This document shows, in pieces, positions 1-12,492 of a stretch of DNA of 64,000 bases (position 1 is its first letter; every line of letters begins with the position of its first letter). This stretch comes from Squalus acanthias (taxonomy: Eukaryota): assembly GCA_030390025.1 (NCBI GenBank), contig CM059433.1, forward strand, positions 22,136,001 to 22,200,000, given 5' to 3'. Both the position numbers and the translations under genes were made by a program. Below the pieces are notes generated by a model. The model worked only from the letters and a program-made list of their open reading frames with translations, searched no databases and was not told the DNA's origin.

Positions 1-2420
1 AATGAAAGCTTATGATACTCAAGTGACAAAATATAAAGGTTCCAGTTTGAACATGGTGTGAAAATTCTATCATGGAACTTAGATAACTAAACACCTGAAA
101 GCATGTATTTACCGTTAACCTTTTCCCCATCACACCCCACAGACATTTATTACAAATCAACCTGCTCTGTTTTTCAGTGATAATGCATTTAACAAAGAAA
201 AGTAACAGTATAAACCAGATTGTAATTTTAGATTCCCTTCTACACACTTAATAGCGCAAATAAGGATCTGCTTGATATATATTATAAGGCAAGCTGATAA
301 TGGAGAGAATAAAGGGCTCAATTTATATACTGAATAATTCATGTCCTTGTGAAAGTCAACAATCCAAACTGCTTATTGGTGTAGATACTGACTGTCTCTA
401 TAGGCAAAATGGATATGTTGATTTGCTTCATGGAAATGCACCACCTGCTCTCTGAGCTGTGGAACAGGACATGACAGAAATTGCAGAGGAAAGCTCACCT
501 TTGTTGGGACAATATCCCACCAAGGAACAACATGACTAGGTATTACGTGGCGTGCAAGCCCAAAAATCACGGTCATAAAAAAATGTAGGAATTCAGTTGC
601 TCATAAGAAAGCCAGTCTCGTACTATCAAAGACTGCAGTGGACAGTGCAGGTTTGCTTTACAGAATAGTTAATGACAGATTCAAAGTATGTATTTATATA
701 TGAATTCTATTTTGTAAACTGTCAAAGGACTATGCTGAATGTAAACACTGCAATATACTTCTGTTGCCCATCCTGTCACTCTCATCGTAGGGTGATGTCC
801 AAAGTGCTTTCGGAACTCAAATTGGATTATTTTGGGCTCAGGTCGTGAAGAACTTTAAAAAAAAATGGTGGGAAATGCTCCTCTGGCAGTGCATGCTGGT
901 GTAAGTTTTCCATCGTGCTAGCTGACAAATAGCTGCTGTCTTCTGCTGGTGGTATGTGTCATGGTTTCAATTAAAAAAGAATCACTTTTTTAAATAATTA
1001 CCTGCTAATTGGGGGGTGGGGGGGAGAGCGAAGACACCTAACCCTAGCAGACTAATGGTGAATATACATTCGGTGGTCTTGAGGGAGAATGGGGCATTCA
1101 ATCCTTGGTGTTCTTCCTTGATTCTGTTGATCTCATCAGACAGTGGGAGGGGGGACATCGACTAATGGAATCTGTGCCTGCCAGTATGTGAGTTAGGTAT
1201 GGGAATCGTTCCCTTTCTGTGAAAATGGGAAGGACGCACCCCATTTCCCTACCCTGTGGGACTATAGGTAGGGCTGCGAACCTTCTAGGATTGTCCTCGG
1301 CATTAAAGATTAATCTCCAGGACACTGCTCCGACAACCCTGGACAAAAAATCATAGGGGATATTAAAAAATAATTACATGGTTTTTTTTCATTTACTTTG
1401 AACACTTTTCATTTGTTAATTATAAAAATATTGGAAATGGGGTAAAAAGGCTGCTTGACTGGGCAGGGCAGTTGGAGGTGAGAGGTCATGTGACAAAACC
1501 TCCAGGAATACACCCAACCAGAGGTGGCAACCCTAGTTCTAGGCAGTAAGATTAAAGATTCAGCTTTACGGTTTTCTCAATGGTGGAGTGGCAAAACTGA
1601 ATCTTACATTCAAAAAAATCTTTCAAATTCTCATTCCTACCTCTGGTCTCGCTGTCCGAACAGTAGTATTCTGTTATTAGTAAACATGAGCTCCCAAATT
1701 GTACAAAAGGAAAATACTGAGAGTACAGCTCCCTTGAGTGTATTGAAGAGGTCAGAGACAACCTGCTGGGGAATGGTGGAGAAAAGGTCAATTTGAATAT
1801 GAGCTGAAAATACCCCAGAGAAGACTTTCTGAGACAGGACCATGTACTTCTGTGTTGTAAGCTGCTGCTTATCTTACAAGTTTTGCCTTTATTCAGGCTG
1901 GTTGCAATAATGTTTTCTGTGTAAAATATTTTGTAAAAACAAACAAAAAAATGCTGTAAAAATGCCGATTAACCATTTCAGTGCCATCGCATCAACGGCA
2001 TTATCATTATACCATTCCACTCCTCGCTGTTCACTTGAAGTAGGTGCAAAAGATCCTTTTGTACAGAGATATATTTTTAATGAAGAATTTGTAAAATTAT
2101 TAAATATGCCAGACCTTTTTCAATATTGTAGGTAAAAAGGTGTTAAAATAAATGTGTTTTTTACTATGTAAAAGAAGTAATTTTCCCTATACTGTAAAAA
2201 GAAATCTTGTTTAAAGAGTAGCATCTATAGCCGAATTTTAATTTTTGATTTTATTGCACATGAAAGTTATCATTACAGTGGCCTGTTACGATGACCAGTA
2301 TTCCCTTTTTACCATTAAAATCTGTGATAGAAGATTGTATTATAGCCTGTGCAATGCTGCCCACCTTTGAAGCTAATTTAAAACTCTAATTAAATATTTC
2401 ATCACGATTTGTTGTCTAAT
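1..2420 (+). other. Possible end of a host last coding exon (...MKAYDTQVTKYKGSSLNMV*, stop at 59-61) followed by an AT-rich 3'UTR-like tract
   Basis: Open frame 2-61 at the window edge; largely repeat-free AU-rich sequence with AATAAA at 2147-2152. Gene not recognised. Confidence 0.2.
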
Positions 2421-4820
2421 GTGTGGAATATATATGTATATCTTTCCTAGGGGTTCATTGAGCAGTGTGTTTGGTTGATGGGAAAACCATCATGTTTATG
2501 GAGTAAGATTTGGCTAATTTGCACTAAAGTCAAGAAAGGAAAGGATCTTACCACTGAGGTAATTTTCCTCTGGAATTATGCATAAGGATCAATTTTCTGT
2601 GGCAAATAGGATAGACATCCCTGTTGGGTTTTTTGGAATCTTGTTTTATTTCTCTTTGAGGGGGTTGGGGAAGGTGAAAAAGATGTCAGTGCTGAGGAGT
2701 TTCCAATTTTGTCGTGTATCAAACACTCTGAAGTCCTGTTACTGTGCCCCACATGTGCCTTAACTGGACCTTAGAACAGCATCTCCTACTATGCCAGTGT
2801 GATTCATTTTTTTCAATTTCCCACAAGGTGCTTAATCTGGGTGACATAGCCAGTTTTGTGCCATATTAAGGGGCAGTCTTTGTGCTATGGTTTCCTGTCC
2901 AATATTTGTTGGTGTGAGATGTCCCAAACTCATTTCAGGGAGGACCCTTGCAGCTAACAGTAGGTTGAGACTATAATCCCATTGGCATGGGCTGAATTTG
3001 GGCCCAAGCCTCAGAGGTGAAAGGAGGATGGGATACCTCACTGCCCTAACCTGTCTTCCCTGTAAATCCATTGTTTATCCCAGAACTGCAATACTTGCAA
3101 CTCTGGCTGGCAGAGTTTATGTCTAGCTTAAGAGAATGTAAATGTTTTTCATGGTAAGTAAGAACATTTTTCTCAACACTGAAACAGTGGAGCTGTACTT
3201 ATTAATATAGAATTAAAACATCATCATTATATTGACTTCTTCAGCCTTGTAACGAGGCATCTGAGACGGGACCTCATAGAGAGATATATAATACTAAGTA
3301 GCATGGAAAAGGTTCAACCTGACACTATTTTTATTTAAAACACGACTGCAGGACAAAAGGACGTAGATGTAAACAGAAAGTTCAAGATTTTCTTCATGTT
3401 CTCCCCTATCTCCATTGTTTATCCCAGAAAGCACTTCTTCATGCAAAGAGTTATAAAGAGTTATCAATATCTGATTAGGGCAGTAAAGGCAAAAACTCTG
3501 GAGTCAATGAAGAGGTAGTTAGATGTTGTTATGCCGGAAATCAAAGGTATTTAAGGCATGATGTGGTAGACAGGCTGAATGGCCTCCTTCATCAGTTTAT
3601 TGTGATCTCTCCTGTGATTGACCAAGAAGAGAGAGGTTTCTGGTGAAGATGTTGAGTGGTTGGAAGAGGACTTGACTTTCATTAGGAGTAATTTTCACTA
3701 TCACCTTCTGGGCGGTAATCTGGTTTTGCCGATCAGCCACCCCTTATAGAAACTACCCAATATTAATTTCTGTTGAAATCAATGGAAATTAAATTTGGAT
3801 AAGTTCTAAACTGGTGGGCGATCCACTCCGCCAGTTTATAGCCCAAGCTGTGAAGGTTCAAATGACCCCCATTAATTTGTAGTGCAACTCCATTAGAATT
3901 GTGAAAATGAATGATCCTCTAAGTACCTTTGGGTACAAGTGGGGACATCAATACAACCCATAAGAGCAGCTGAGGAACATCAAAGCCACCCAGAGTTCAA
4001 GATGTCTATCTGTGAGCTCCATACTTTTTAGGGATCATTTTCTGACTTCATGCTCCCAACAGGGAGTCTCAGCCATAAGAGCAAATAGCGAAATTTCAGC
4101 ATGTGCTGCACACAATTTTCTGACCAGGAGTTCAAAGTTGGAAAATTGTCCCTTATGTCATGATACTACCTGTTGTACGTTGTTCCTGTAGACACTTCTT
4201 TCCAAATCACCTCAGAATTTTTATCTGTTTGAGGAGTATTATCCCATAATTCAAAATATAGCTAGCAAGATTTGTATATTCATTTTGGTAGGAAGAATGA
4301 GGAGAGGCAATTATAAACTAAATGGTACAATTTTCAAGGGAATGCAGGAACAGAGAGACCTGGGGGTGTATGTACACAAATCTTTAAAGGTGTCAGGACA
4401 AGTTGAGGAGGCTGTTTAAAAAAAAACACATGCGAACCTTAGTTTTATTAATAGAGGCATAGAGCTGAATTTTGCCTGCGTCAGAGGGCGGGTTTGGAGG
4501 TGGGTCCGCTGTCAAAATAGCAAATATTGACAGCGGGTAGGAAACCTGCTGTCAACCCGCCTCCCTGTGTGCCTTCCAGGTGTCAGGTCTGTCTGCGCAG
4601 AACTGACCCGACACCAAGCGGCGGGGGAGACAATTTAGATCATTAAATGGCTTGTTAACAGCCAATTTAATGATATTTTGAGGCTACCTTGGAATTTTAT
4701 GTGCTCCCCGCGGGTTACCCGCTGCTCGGGGAACACGACAGCTCACCCTGTCGTGAGTTGAGTCTGCTTTGATTTATCTGATAACCTGACAGCTGCAGAA
4801 GTTGTATAAAGGATACCATG

Positions 4821-5697
4821 CCGCGATTTTTATTAATGAAGGCGGGTTGGGTGCGGGTCAGGTGGTTTCCGGCTTCCAGTCCCGCCCCCAGCTGCATCCG
4901 GTCCACAGACGTGATTTTACCTTGATTGACCTTGTTAAGCCCGCCCTGCGGGCTTGTCGTACAATTAAGAGGAAGCGGGTCAGATGATGTCATTTGATGA
5001 CACATCATCTGCCGGTTTCCTTAAAGGGACCACGCACAATTTTATTTTGACAGTTGATTTCTCAGCGTTTGACAGCATTGAGGTGCTGAAAACACTGACA
5101 ATCACAGCACAAAGGTGACCTCTTGCACCCAGGCTCTCCAATGACTCTCTCCATAGGCTGGAATAGATGGCAGCTACAGGTGAGGTGGCAGAAGCGATCT
5201 GTCACTAGTGAGGGAGGTTCTCCCAGTGAGGTGGCACTGGACATGGATTTAAAAACTTGTTACCTAACGAAAAGTGTAAATGTATTAAAAATGCAGTTCC
5301 CAACATTTTCTTTCCTCTGAGACTCACCATGTGCAATATTGAATCCTTCACACCACTTCTGCAGCTGTCATCAATCCAGAAACATTACAGCAGACTCAGA
5401 ACATGCCACACTTACCTAGCGTGGTGTCCGGATGTCGGGAAACCCAAACCAGAAGCGGCAAAATTCAAAAATAGGCTGGCAACTACTGGCAACTTCCTGT
5501 TAATAGGCAGGTAATTGCCTTTAATCCTCTTCCCGCCGCTAGGTGTCGGGTCCATTCGCAAATCGGGGACCCGACACTTGGGGAAATTGTTTGGAGGTGG
5601 GTTGACGGTGGGATCGCAACGCACCGTCAATCAAAACGATGTTAACCTTGGACCCGCCTCCAAACCTGCCCTCTGAGCGCCAGCAAAATCCAGCCCC
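4821..5697. mobile_element. Non-autonomous Harbinger of the same family, inserted in inverted orientation inside 4462-7914
   Basis: Its right end (5650-5697) is the reverse complement of 4462-4507. 4950-5150 is the reverse complement of ~7580-7800. Flanked by (c)atg direct repeats. Confidence 0.65.
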
Positions 5698-5759
5698 ATG
5701 TTGCAGCTGTTCAGTTTCAGAGCTCAGAAACTGTTGGTTACTGGACTGTAAGACATATA

Positions 5760-6509
5760 GGGGTAAAAATTCAGTTGGTTGCGTCTCCCGTTAGCGCCTT
5801 AAGAGGGCGCTAATGGGGCGCAAAGCCGCTAACGCCCGGGCGCAGCGATGTTTGCGCCGCTCGGGAACTTAACTAGACATTGTGCGGCGGCGCTAAACCT
5901 TACCGCTGCGACCACCTGCGCGCACAGATTGTGACATCATTCCATGGTGCAACGCCCTTGTGGCGCCCCGGAGCGGAAATTGAGTGGCGCCCCCTGCCTT
6001 ACCGCCTGGCGCATCCAACGACCGGAAGACTGGAATGCTATCAATCGCTGTGGGGCTGGGGTTGGGGGGGCGCTATTTAAAGGGGGCCTCTTCCTGTCTT
6101 TTTCTGTGGTTGACATTTTTGCACCACTCGTTCTGAGAGAGAGAGAGAGATTCGGAGAGAGAGAAAGAGAGACTTCTGCATTGAGTCAACGCTTTGTGAG
6201 GTAGTTTTGCCTACTGATCCTAACAGTTGGCCCCCCCCCCCCGCTTTAAGAACTGGCCGGCGCCAGTGTGTCTGTGTTCCCTCGCTAACTGGCAGCACCT
6301 GCGCTGCGCTCGCGCGCTGAGTTAGCGCCTCACTGCTCAGGCCTTTGCGCCTTAAGACAGGTGTGCAGCGCCTGATTTAGCGCTCCACTCACCTCCCGGG
6401 GCGGTAAAAGTGAAGTTTCCAGTCAGTGGTGATAATTAGCGCCAGGCGCTAATATTTGCGTCCAGACGATATTTGCGCCCCAAACGGGGCGCGACCTAAT
6501 TTTTCCCCC
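5760..6509. mobile_element. Harbinger-derived MITE
   Basis: TIR GGGGTAAAAATT / AATTTTTCCCCC; ATA TSD at 5757-5759 and 6510-6512. Related copy at 62607-63498. Confidence 0.85.
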
Positions 6510-8518
6510 ATAGAGCTTGCTGTAGCTTCAAGTGTTTAGAGCCAACTCTCTATCCAGTGGCACCTCATTGGAACAACCTCTCTCACCATTGACAGATCAC
6601 TTCTGTCATCTCAACTGCAGCTGCCATCTATTCCAGCAACATCTGTGCCCTTGAAAAAATCTCACCTTGGTCCTCTGAATCCCTCCACGATCAGCCACAA
6701 CACCAACATCACCGGACACACCAACATCACCAACAACATTACCACCAACAACACCACCAACAACAACACCAACCTTCTCCGCCATCACCTGATGCTGCAC
6801 AGGACACAGGGCATCAGCACCTGACAACATTGCTGCTCGGGAAGCCAGCGATGGCATCACCATGGCCAGATTTCCTTCACTTGACGCTGTACACCCTGGC
6901 TGCCACATAATGCACCAGGTTGACACCATCCCACACCAGCACCATAAAGCATCCCTACAATGTCCAAGCCATTCCTTTCACACTCATCACAATAGCGGGG
7001 TGGGGGTGGGGGGAGTTATGTCTCAACATTCACTGGAACTCACTAAGACACTTCTCAAGGTGCGCACAGATCTGTCCAATAAGGTGAAGTGTTGGAAATA
7101 TAAATTTCAATATTTGCCAACACATTAACAGAAACTTCACATGAACATTGGCTAAACCACTCAAGTGCCTACCCTTGTGTGTTGTTAGTTGGTATGCTTG
7201 CAGTTGGATGAGGGTGAGTGTGAGGGGTGGCTAGTGAGATGGGGAAGTGATAAGGTAGATAGAGAGGGCTGGGTGGAGGTGCAAGGTAAGTTGGTGTGAG
7301 TAAGGATGTGCAGGAGTAGGGTAGGGAAGGCAGAATGATGGGGATGTGATGAGTGGCACAGCAGGGTGAGTTTGAGTGTGGCTTGGCAGTGACGGTTCGT
7401 GATCTACTGAGATCATTGAAAGGTTTGCGTCACTGCAGCCAGGGACACCTGACGACATCCCTGCTTGTGTCCTCCTCTGCAATGTGCAACCAGACAGCAT
7501 TGATCTCCTGGGGATGTCTCTTCCGCCCATGGGAAGGAAAGAGAATCTCCCTGCGTGCTGTGACTCCCTCCATAAGCATACGGAGGGAGTCATGCGTGAG
7601 CCTGGGTGCAGACATGCACCTTTGTGCAGTGCTTGTCAGTGTTTGCAGCACCTCAATGCTGCCAAACACTGACAGCACAACTGTCAAAATCAATGTGGTC
7701 ATGGTCCCTTTAAGGAAACCGGCTGATGACACGTCATCAAATGATGTCATCAGACCTGCTTCCAATTAATTGGCCAGGAACCCGCAGGGCGGGGCTTAAC
7801 AAGGCCAATCTATGGAAAATCATTTTTAGAGAGCAGCTGCAGCCAGGAGCGGGACTGGAACCCGCCATCCAGCTCTCCCGCCGCCATCCCGCCTCCGCAT
7901 GGAAAATCCTGCCCATAGAGTACAGAAGCAAGGAAGTTATGCGAAACCTTTATAAAACACTGGTTAAGCCTCAGCTGGAGTATTGTGTCCTATTCTAGGC
8001 ACCACATGTTAGGAAGCATGTCGAGTGTTTAGAGAGGGTGCAGAAGAGATTTACTGGAATGGTACCAGGGATGAGGGACTTCAGTTATGTGGAGGGACTG
8101 GAGAAGCTGGGGTTGTTCTCCTTAGAGCAGAAAAGGTTAAGAGGAGATTTTATAGAGGTGTTCAAAATCATGAACGATTTTGATAGAGTGAATAAGGAAA
8201 AACTGTTTCCACTGGCAGAGGGGTTGGTAACCAGAGGACACAGATTTAAGCTGATTGGCAAAAGAACCAGAGGCGATACGAGGAAAAAAAATGTTATGCA
8301 GCGAATTGTTGTGATCTGGAATACACTGCCTGAAACAATTGTGGATTCAATAGTAACTTTCAAAAGGGAATTGGACATATACTTGAAGGGAAAACAATTA
8401 CACGGCTATGGGGAAAGAACTGGGGAGTGAGATTAATTGGATAGCTCTTTCAAAGAGCCGGCAAAGACGCAATGGGCTGAATGGCCTCCTTCTGTGTCAT
8501 ATCATTCTATGAATCTAT

Positions 8519-9110
8519 GGCGGAATTTTTACATTTGGACCCGCCGGGAGCGGGGGGGGGGGGGGGGAGACTGGGTGGTGGGTCCCCGTACAGCGTAGGA
8601 AACCGGAAGTCCAGGTTTCACTGCAGGCTGTAGAGTAACTCCACAACGCGTATATGACATCATGGACAGGTTCCCTGCCCGGAAGTCAGCCTGATTGACA
8701 GGCTGGCTTCCAGTCGGATGGGGAACACTTGAGAAGAGGCCGCAACCACAGGTAGGTGCGAGCTCCGACCCGGGGGGGGGTCCGATCCCTGACCCCGGGG
8801 GTGGGGGGTCCAATCCCCAACCCCGGCAGGAGCACTCCTGCTCCTCCCGGCCCACACGGATTACTCCCCAAGACTATCTTTGCCTCGCTGCAGCTGCCGG
8901 GTTTCCCGAGGCCTGGGAAAATCCAAGGCTTCCAGCCTCATTATAATATTTAAAGTGCCAACCTGCCTACTGGGAGTGGGTTGGTTGCCCGTCCCCTATC
9001 CACCTCCGTTAAAACTGGAAGCGGGCAGGTTGGGGCCAGGTTTCAGATTTTTAACCCTTTAACTTCCCACCAACCCCAATCCACCCATTTTCTGGGGTTA
9101 AAATCCCCCG
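8519..9110. mobile_element. Harbinger-type MITE inserted in the CR1 tail microsatellite
   Basis: Ends ggcggaattttta ... ttaaaatcccccg; the ctatgattcta tail resumes after it. Confidence 0.55.
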
Positions 9111-9199
9111 CTATGATTCTATATTCAGGAGTTCGAACAACATAGCATAAATTTATATTTGACTGAACTGTTGCCAAAGAGTGCACTCCACTCTCATTA

Positions 9200-10445
9200 T
9201 CCAGGCATCTTTTGTCTCTAGTTTCTCTCCAAGCTCATCTTATCCATGAGAACCACCACCGCTCCCCTCAATCCCATTCCCAGTAAACTCCTGACCACTC
9301 AACTCCCCTTCCTAGCCCCATGCAGCTGACATTGTAAATGGCTCCCTCTCCTCAGGCACTGTCACCCTCCCTTTCAAAACTAACATCATCACTTCTCTCA
9401 AAAATAAACTGCTTTTGATCCCTCCATCCTAGCAAACTATCTGAAAACTTCTGAAGCACCAAAACATCCCTAAACAGTCACAAATTACATTCTCTGTGAC
9501 TGTGGCCATAATGCATTATTCCTTCTCATCCTTCTTGACCTCTCTGCAACCTTCTACACATTCAACCACACCATTCCCCTCCGATGCCTCTCCCCCATTG
9601 TCCAGATCAATGAGACTGCCCTTGTTTGGTTCAACTCTTACCTATCTGATCCTTACCTAGCCAGATAATCTACTGCAATGGCTTCCCTTCCCACCCCACA
9701 CTGTCACCTCGGGAGTCTCCCAAGGATTCTTGGCCCCTTCCTCTTACTTTTCTACTTGCTTTACCTTGGCAATAATATCCACATACACGGGGTCATCTTC
9801 CACATGTACACTGATGCCACCCAACTCAACCTCTTCACCACCTCTCTCGACCCTTCATTGCCTCTGTGCAATCAGACTGCTTGTCCAATATCCAGTCTTA
9901 GTTAAGCCATAATGTCTTCCAGCTAAACATAGGGAAGACCGAAACCATGGTCTTTGGCCCCCAGTACAAACACTCTACCTATGCCACTGACTCCATTCCT
10001 CGCCACAGACATGATCTCAGGCTCAATCAGACTGTTTACAGTCTTGGCATCCTGCTTGATCCCGAGCTGATTTTCAGACCCCAAATCTTCTCCATGACAC
10101 ATAGGTCCATCTCGGTAACATTGCCCATCTTTGCGTCTGCTTCAGCTCATCCTCCAGTGAAACCCTCATTCATGGCTTTGTAATTTCCAGACTAAATTGT
10201 TCCAATGTGCTCCTGGTCGGCTTTTCATCATCCATCCTTAATAAATTTCAGCTCATCCAAAACTCTACTCCCTATATCCTAACCTGCACTAGGTTCAGCT
10301 CGTCCATCATCCCTATCCTCGCGGACTTATATAGGCTCCCTGTCCCCCAACAACTTAAATATAAAATTCTTCTCCTTGAGTTTAAATCCTGTCATGGCTT
10401 TGCCCCTCCCCATCTCTATAACTTCCTCCAGCCCTGCAACCACAC
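9200..10445 (+). mobile_element. Old, degenerate L2 LINE ORF2 (RT) fragment
   Basis: Fragments GSILGP-like, FHMYTDATQL (YADD-derived), LIQNS...ITPILADL.RLPV; many stops and frameshifts. Confidence 0.75.
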
Positions 10446-10454
10446 CCCTCTAAA

Positions 10455-10781
10455 GAGGTGCCGTCTTTCAGATGCGACATTAAACCGAGGCCCCATCTGC
10501 TCTCTCAGGTGGATGTAAAAGATCCCATGGTACTATTTTGAAGAGCAGGGGAGTTATCCCCGGTGTCCTGGCCAATACTTATCCCTCAATCAACATAACA
10601 AAAACAGATTATCTGGTCATTATCACAGTGCTGTTTGTGGGAGCTTGCTATGTGCAGATTGGCTGCCGCGTTTCTTACATTACAACAGTGACTACACTTC
10701 AAAAAGTAATTCATTGGCTGTAAAGTGCTTTGGGACATCCAGTGGTTGTCAAAGACGCTATATAAATGCAAGTATTTCTTT
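10455..10781 (+). mobile_element. Deu-domain SINE (SacSINE1/AmnSINE-like), 5'-truncated
   Basis: Deu core ggtgccgtctttcagatg...aaaccgagg...aaagatcccatgg...ccccggtgtcctggccaa; L2-like tail gctatataaatgcaagt. Confidence 0.8.
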
Positions 10782-10794
10782 TAAGAATGCCTAT

Positions 10795-11413
10795 TTCCAC
10801 CTCCGCTGCTGAAACCCACATCCATGCCTTTGTTACCGCTAAACTTGAATATTCCAACGCACTCCTGGCTGACCTCCCAGGTTCTACCCTACGTAAACTT
10901 GAGGTGATCCAAAACTCGGCTGCCCGTGTCCAAACTCGCACCAAGTCCCGTTCACTCATCACCCCTGTGCTCGCTGACCTACATTGGCTCCCGGTTAAGC
11001 AACGCCTCAATTTCAAAATTCTCATCCTTGTTTTCAAATCCCTCCATGGCCTCGCCCCTCCCTATCTCTGTAATCTCCTTCAGTCCCACAACCCCCCGAG
11101 ATATCAACGCTCCTCTAATTCTGCCCTCTTGAGCATCCCTGATTATAATCGCTCAACCATTAGTGGCCGTGCCTTCTGTTGCCTAGGCCCTAAGCTCTGG
11201 AATTCCCTGCCAAAACCTCTCCGCCTGACTACCTCTCTTTCCTCCTTTAAGACGCTCCTTAAAACCTACTTCTTTGACCAAGCTTTTGGTCACCTGCCCT
11301 AATTTCTCCTTATGTGGCTCGGTGTCAAATTTTTTGTCTTTTAATACTCCTGTGAAGCGCCTTGGGATGTTTTACTATGTTAAAGGCGCTATATAAATAC
11401 AAGTTGTTGTTGT
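10795..11413 (+). mobile_element. Young L2 LINE 3' end
   Basis: ORF 10766-11302 (IQNSAARV...ITPVLADLHWLPVKQR...LWNSLP...FKTLLKT) plus 3'UTR and (ttg)n tail. Highly similar to 61730-62417. Confidence 0.9.
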
Positions 11414-12225
11414 TTTTTCAATACTATTATGGTTTTCAACTTTTTCCTCTCGTTCTTCCTAAGCTGCGAAAAACTGTAACCGTGTTGAAATCAAGACTGA
11501 CTAGGCTAACATCTGTAATTCCCAGGTGTTCCATTTTTGATCCTCAGATACAGGTCCAGTGTTTACAAAGCTCCAATGAATATTTACTTTTAATCCTCAG
11601 CAAACTCAGCATTTCCTCTCTACTGTTATGTTTCACCTAGAGACACCAACACAATTTAAAAGTCTAATCTCTTTTGTGCAAATATGATTTTGTCTTTCTT
11701 GAATTGCCGAATGAATGTTTAAATGAGCTGTGGTACAGGGGTTTAGCAACTGCACATTCTTATCTGGAACTTATCAAACACAATTTATCAGCAGTCAGCT
11801 GCATGTTACTTCCAACAACCTCACAAATACAGAAGAAAGGCTGTACATGTTTTCTATTGTTGGGGAAGGTCAGTCTTCCAATTAAACTAATTTACATATG
11901 CAAGCGGAGTCTAATTGGCATTACTTTACATAATTGTATAGAAATATATGCCACATTTTGTAAAGGTACGGTATGTGTGTATTTGTCTTTCCTCTCCCAT
12001 TCTTACTTGGTCGCACTCTATTCTGAGGAAATAATTTGCTCCCAGGCCTCTGCCAATACCATTGTTGATCTGTTTACTGGGAGATTTACCATATTACTTT
12101 TCTTGCCTCCTTTCCCCTGGCATGTACTTGTAACCTCAATCTTACAGCATGGGCAAGATAGGGCAGTAACTGTGCAGAGAATTATAGGCATAAGATGATG
12201 TTAATTAAATGAACATATTGTAAAT

Positions 12226-12492
12226 TAGCAGGTCAGACAGCCGCTGTCTGTGGAGAGAAACAGAGTTAACGTTTCAGGTCGATGACCTTTCGTTACTTCT
12301 TGCCTCCTTTCCCCTGGCATGTACTTCAGTTCTGACGAAAGGTCATCGACCTGAAATGTTAAATTAAAAACAGAAAATGCTGGAGAAACTCAGCAGGTCA
12401 GGCAGCATCTGTGAAGAGAGAAACAGAGTTAACATTTCAGGTCGATGACCCTTCGTCAGAGTTCTGACGAAAGGTCATCGACCTGAAACGTT
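12226..12492. mobile_element. Penelope-like element terminal (pLTR) fragments in tandem and inverted arrangement
   Basis: Repeated gagagaaacagagttaacgtttcaggtcgatgacc units and their reverse complements; same family as the 3' end at 34795-34925. Confidence 0.75.

Larger units (their letters stand above)
4462..7914. mobile_element. Internally deleted PIF/Harbinger transposon; Myb/SANT exon remnant on - strand (~7410-7620)
   Basis: Termini gagctgaatttt...ggaaaatcctgccc flanked by ATA/ATA. Minus-strand APRLTHDSLRMLMEGVTARREILFP...W...PWLQ*RKPFNDL is a Myb/SANT-like domain. Confidence 0.75.
4280..8518 (+). mobile_element. CR1 LINE 3' fragment, split by a Harbinger insertion (parts 4280-4461 and 7915-8518)
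   Basis: ...ttattaatagaggcata|gagtacagaagcaaggaag rejoins across the insert. ORF 8038-8430 is CR1 ORF2 C-terminus (LFSLEQKRLRGDFIEVFKIM). ttctatga tail repeats at ~8505. Confidence 0.85.

Noticed and set aside
6606..6929. V/G-rich ORF
   Set aside because: Antisense reading of the CAC/CAA-rich 5' end of a decayed Harbinger transposase.
11674..12198. 174-aa ORF
   Set aside because: Non-ATG start, no recognisable domain, composition typical of AT-rich noncoding DNA.
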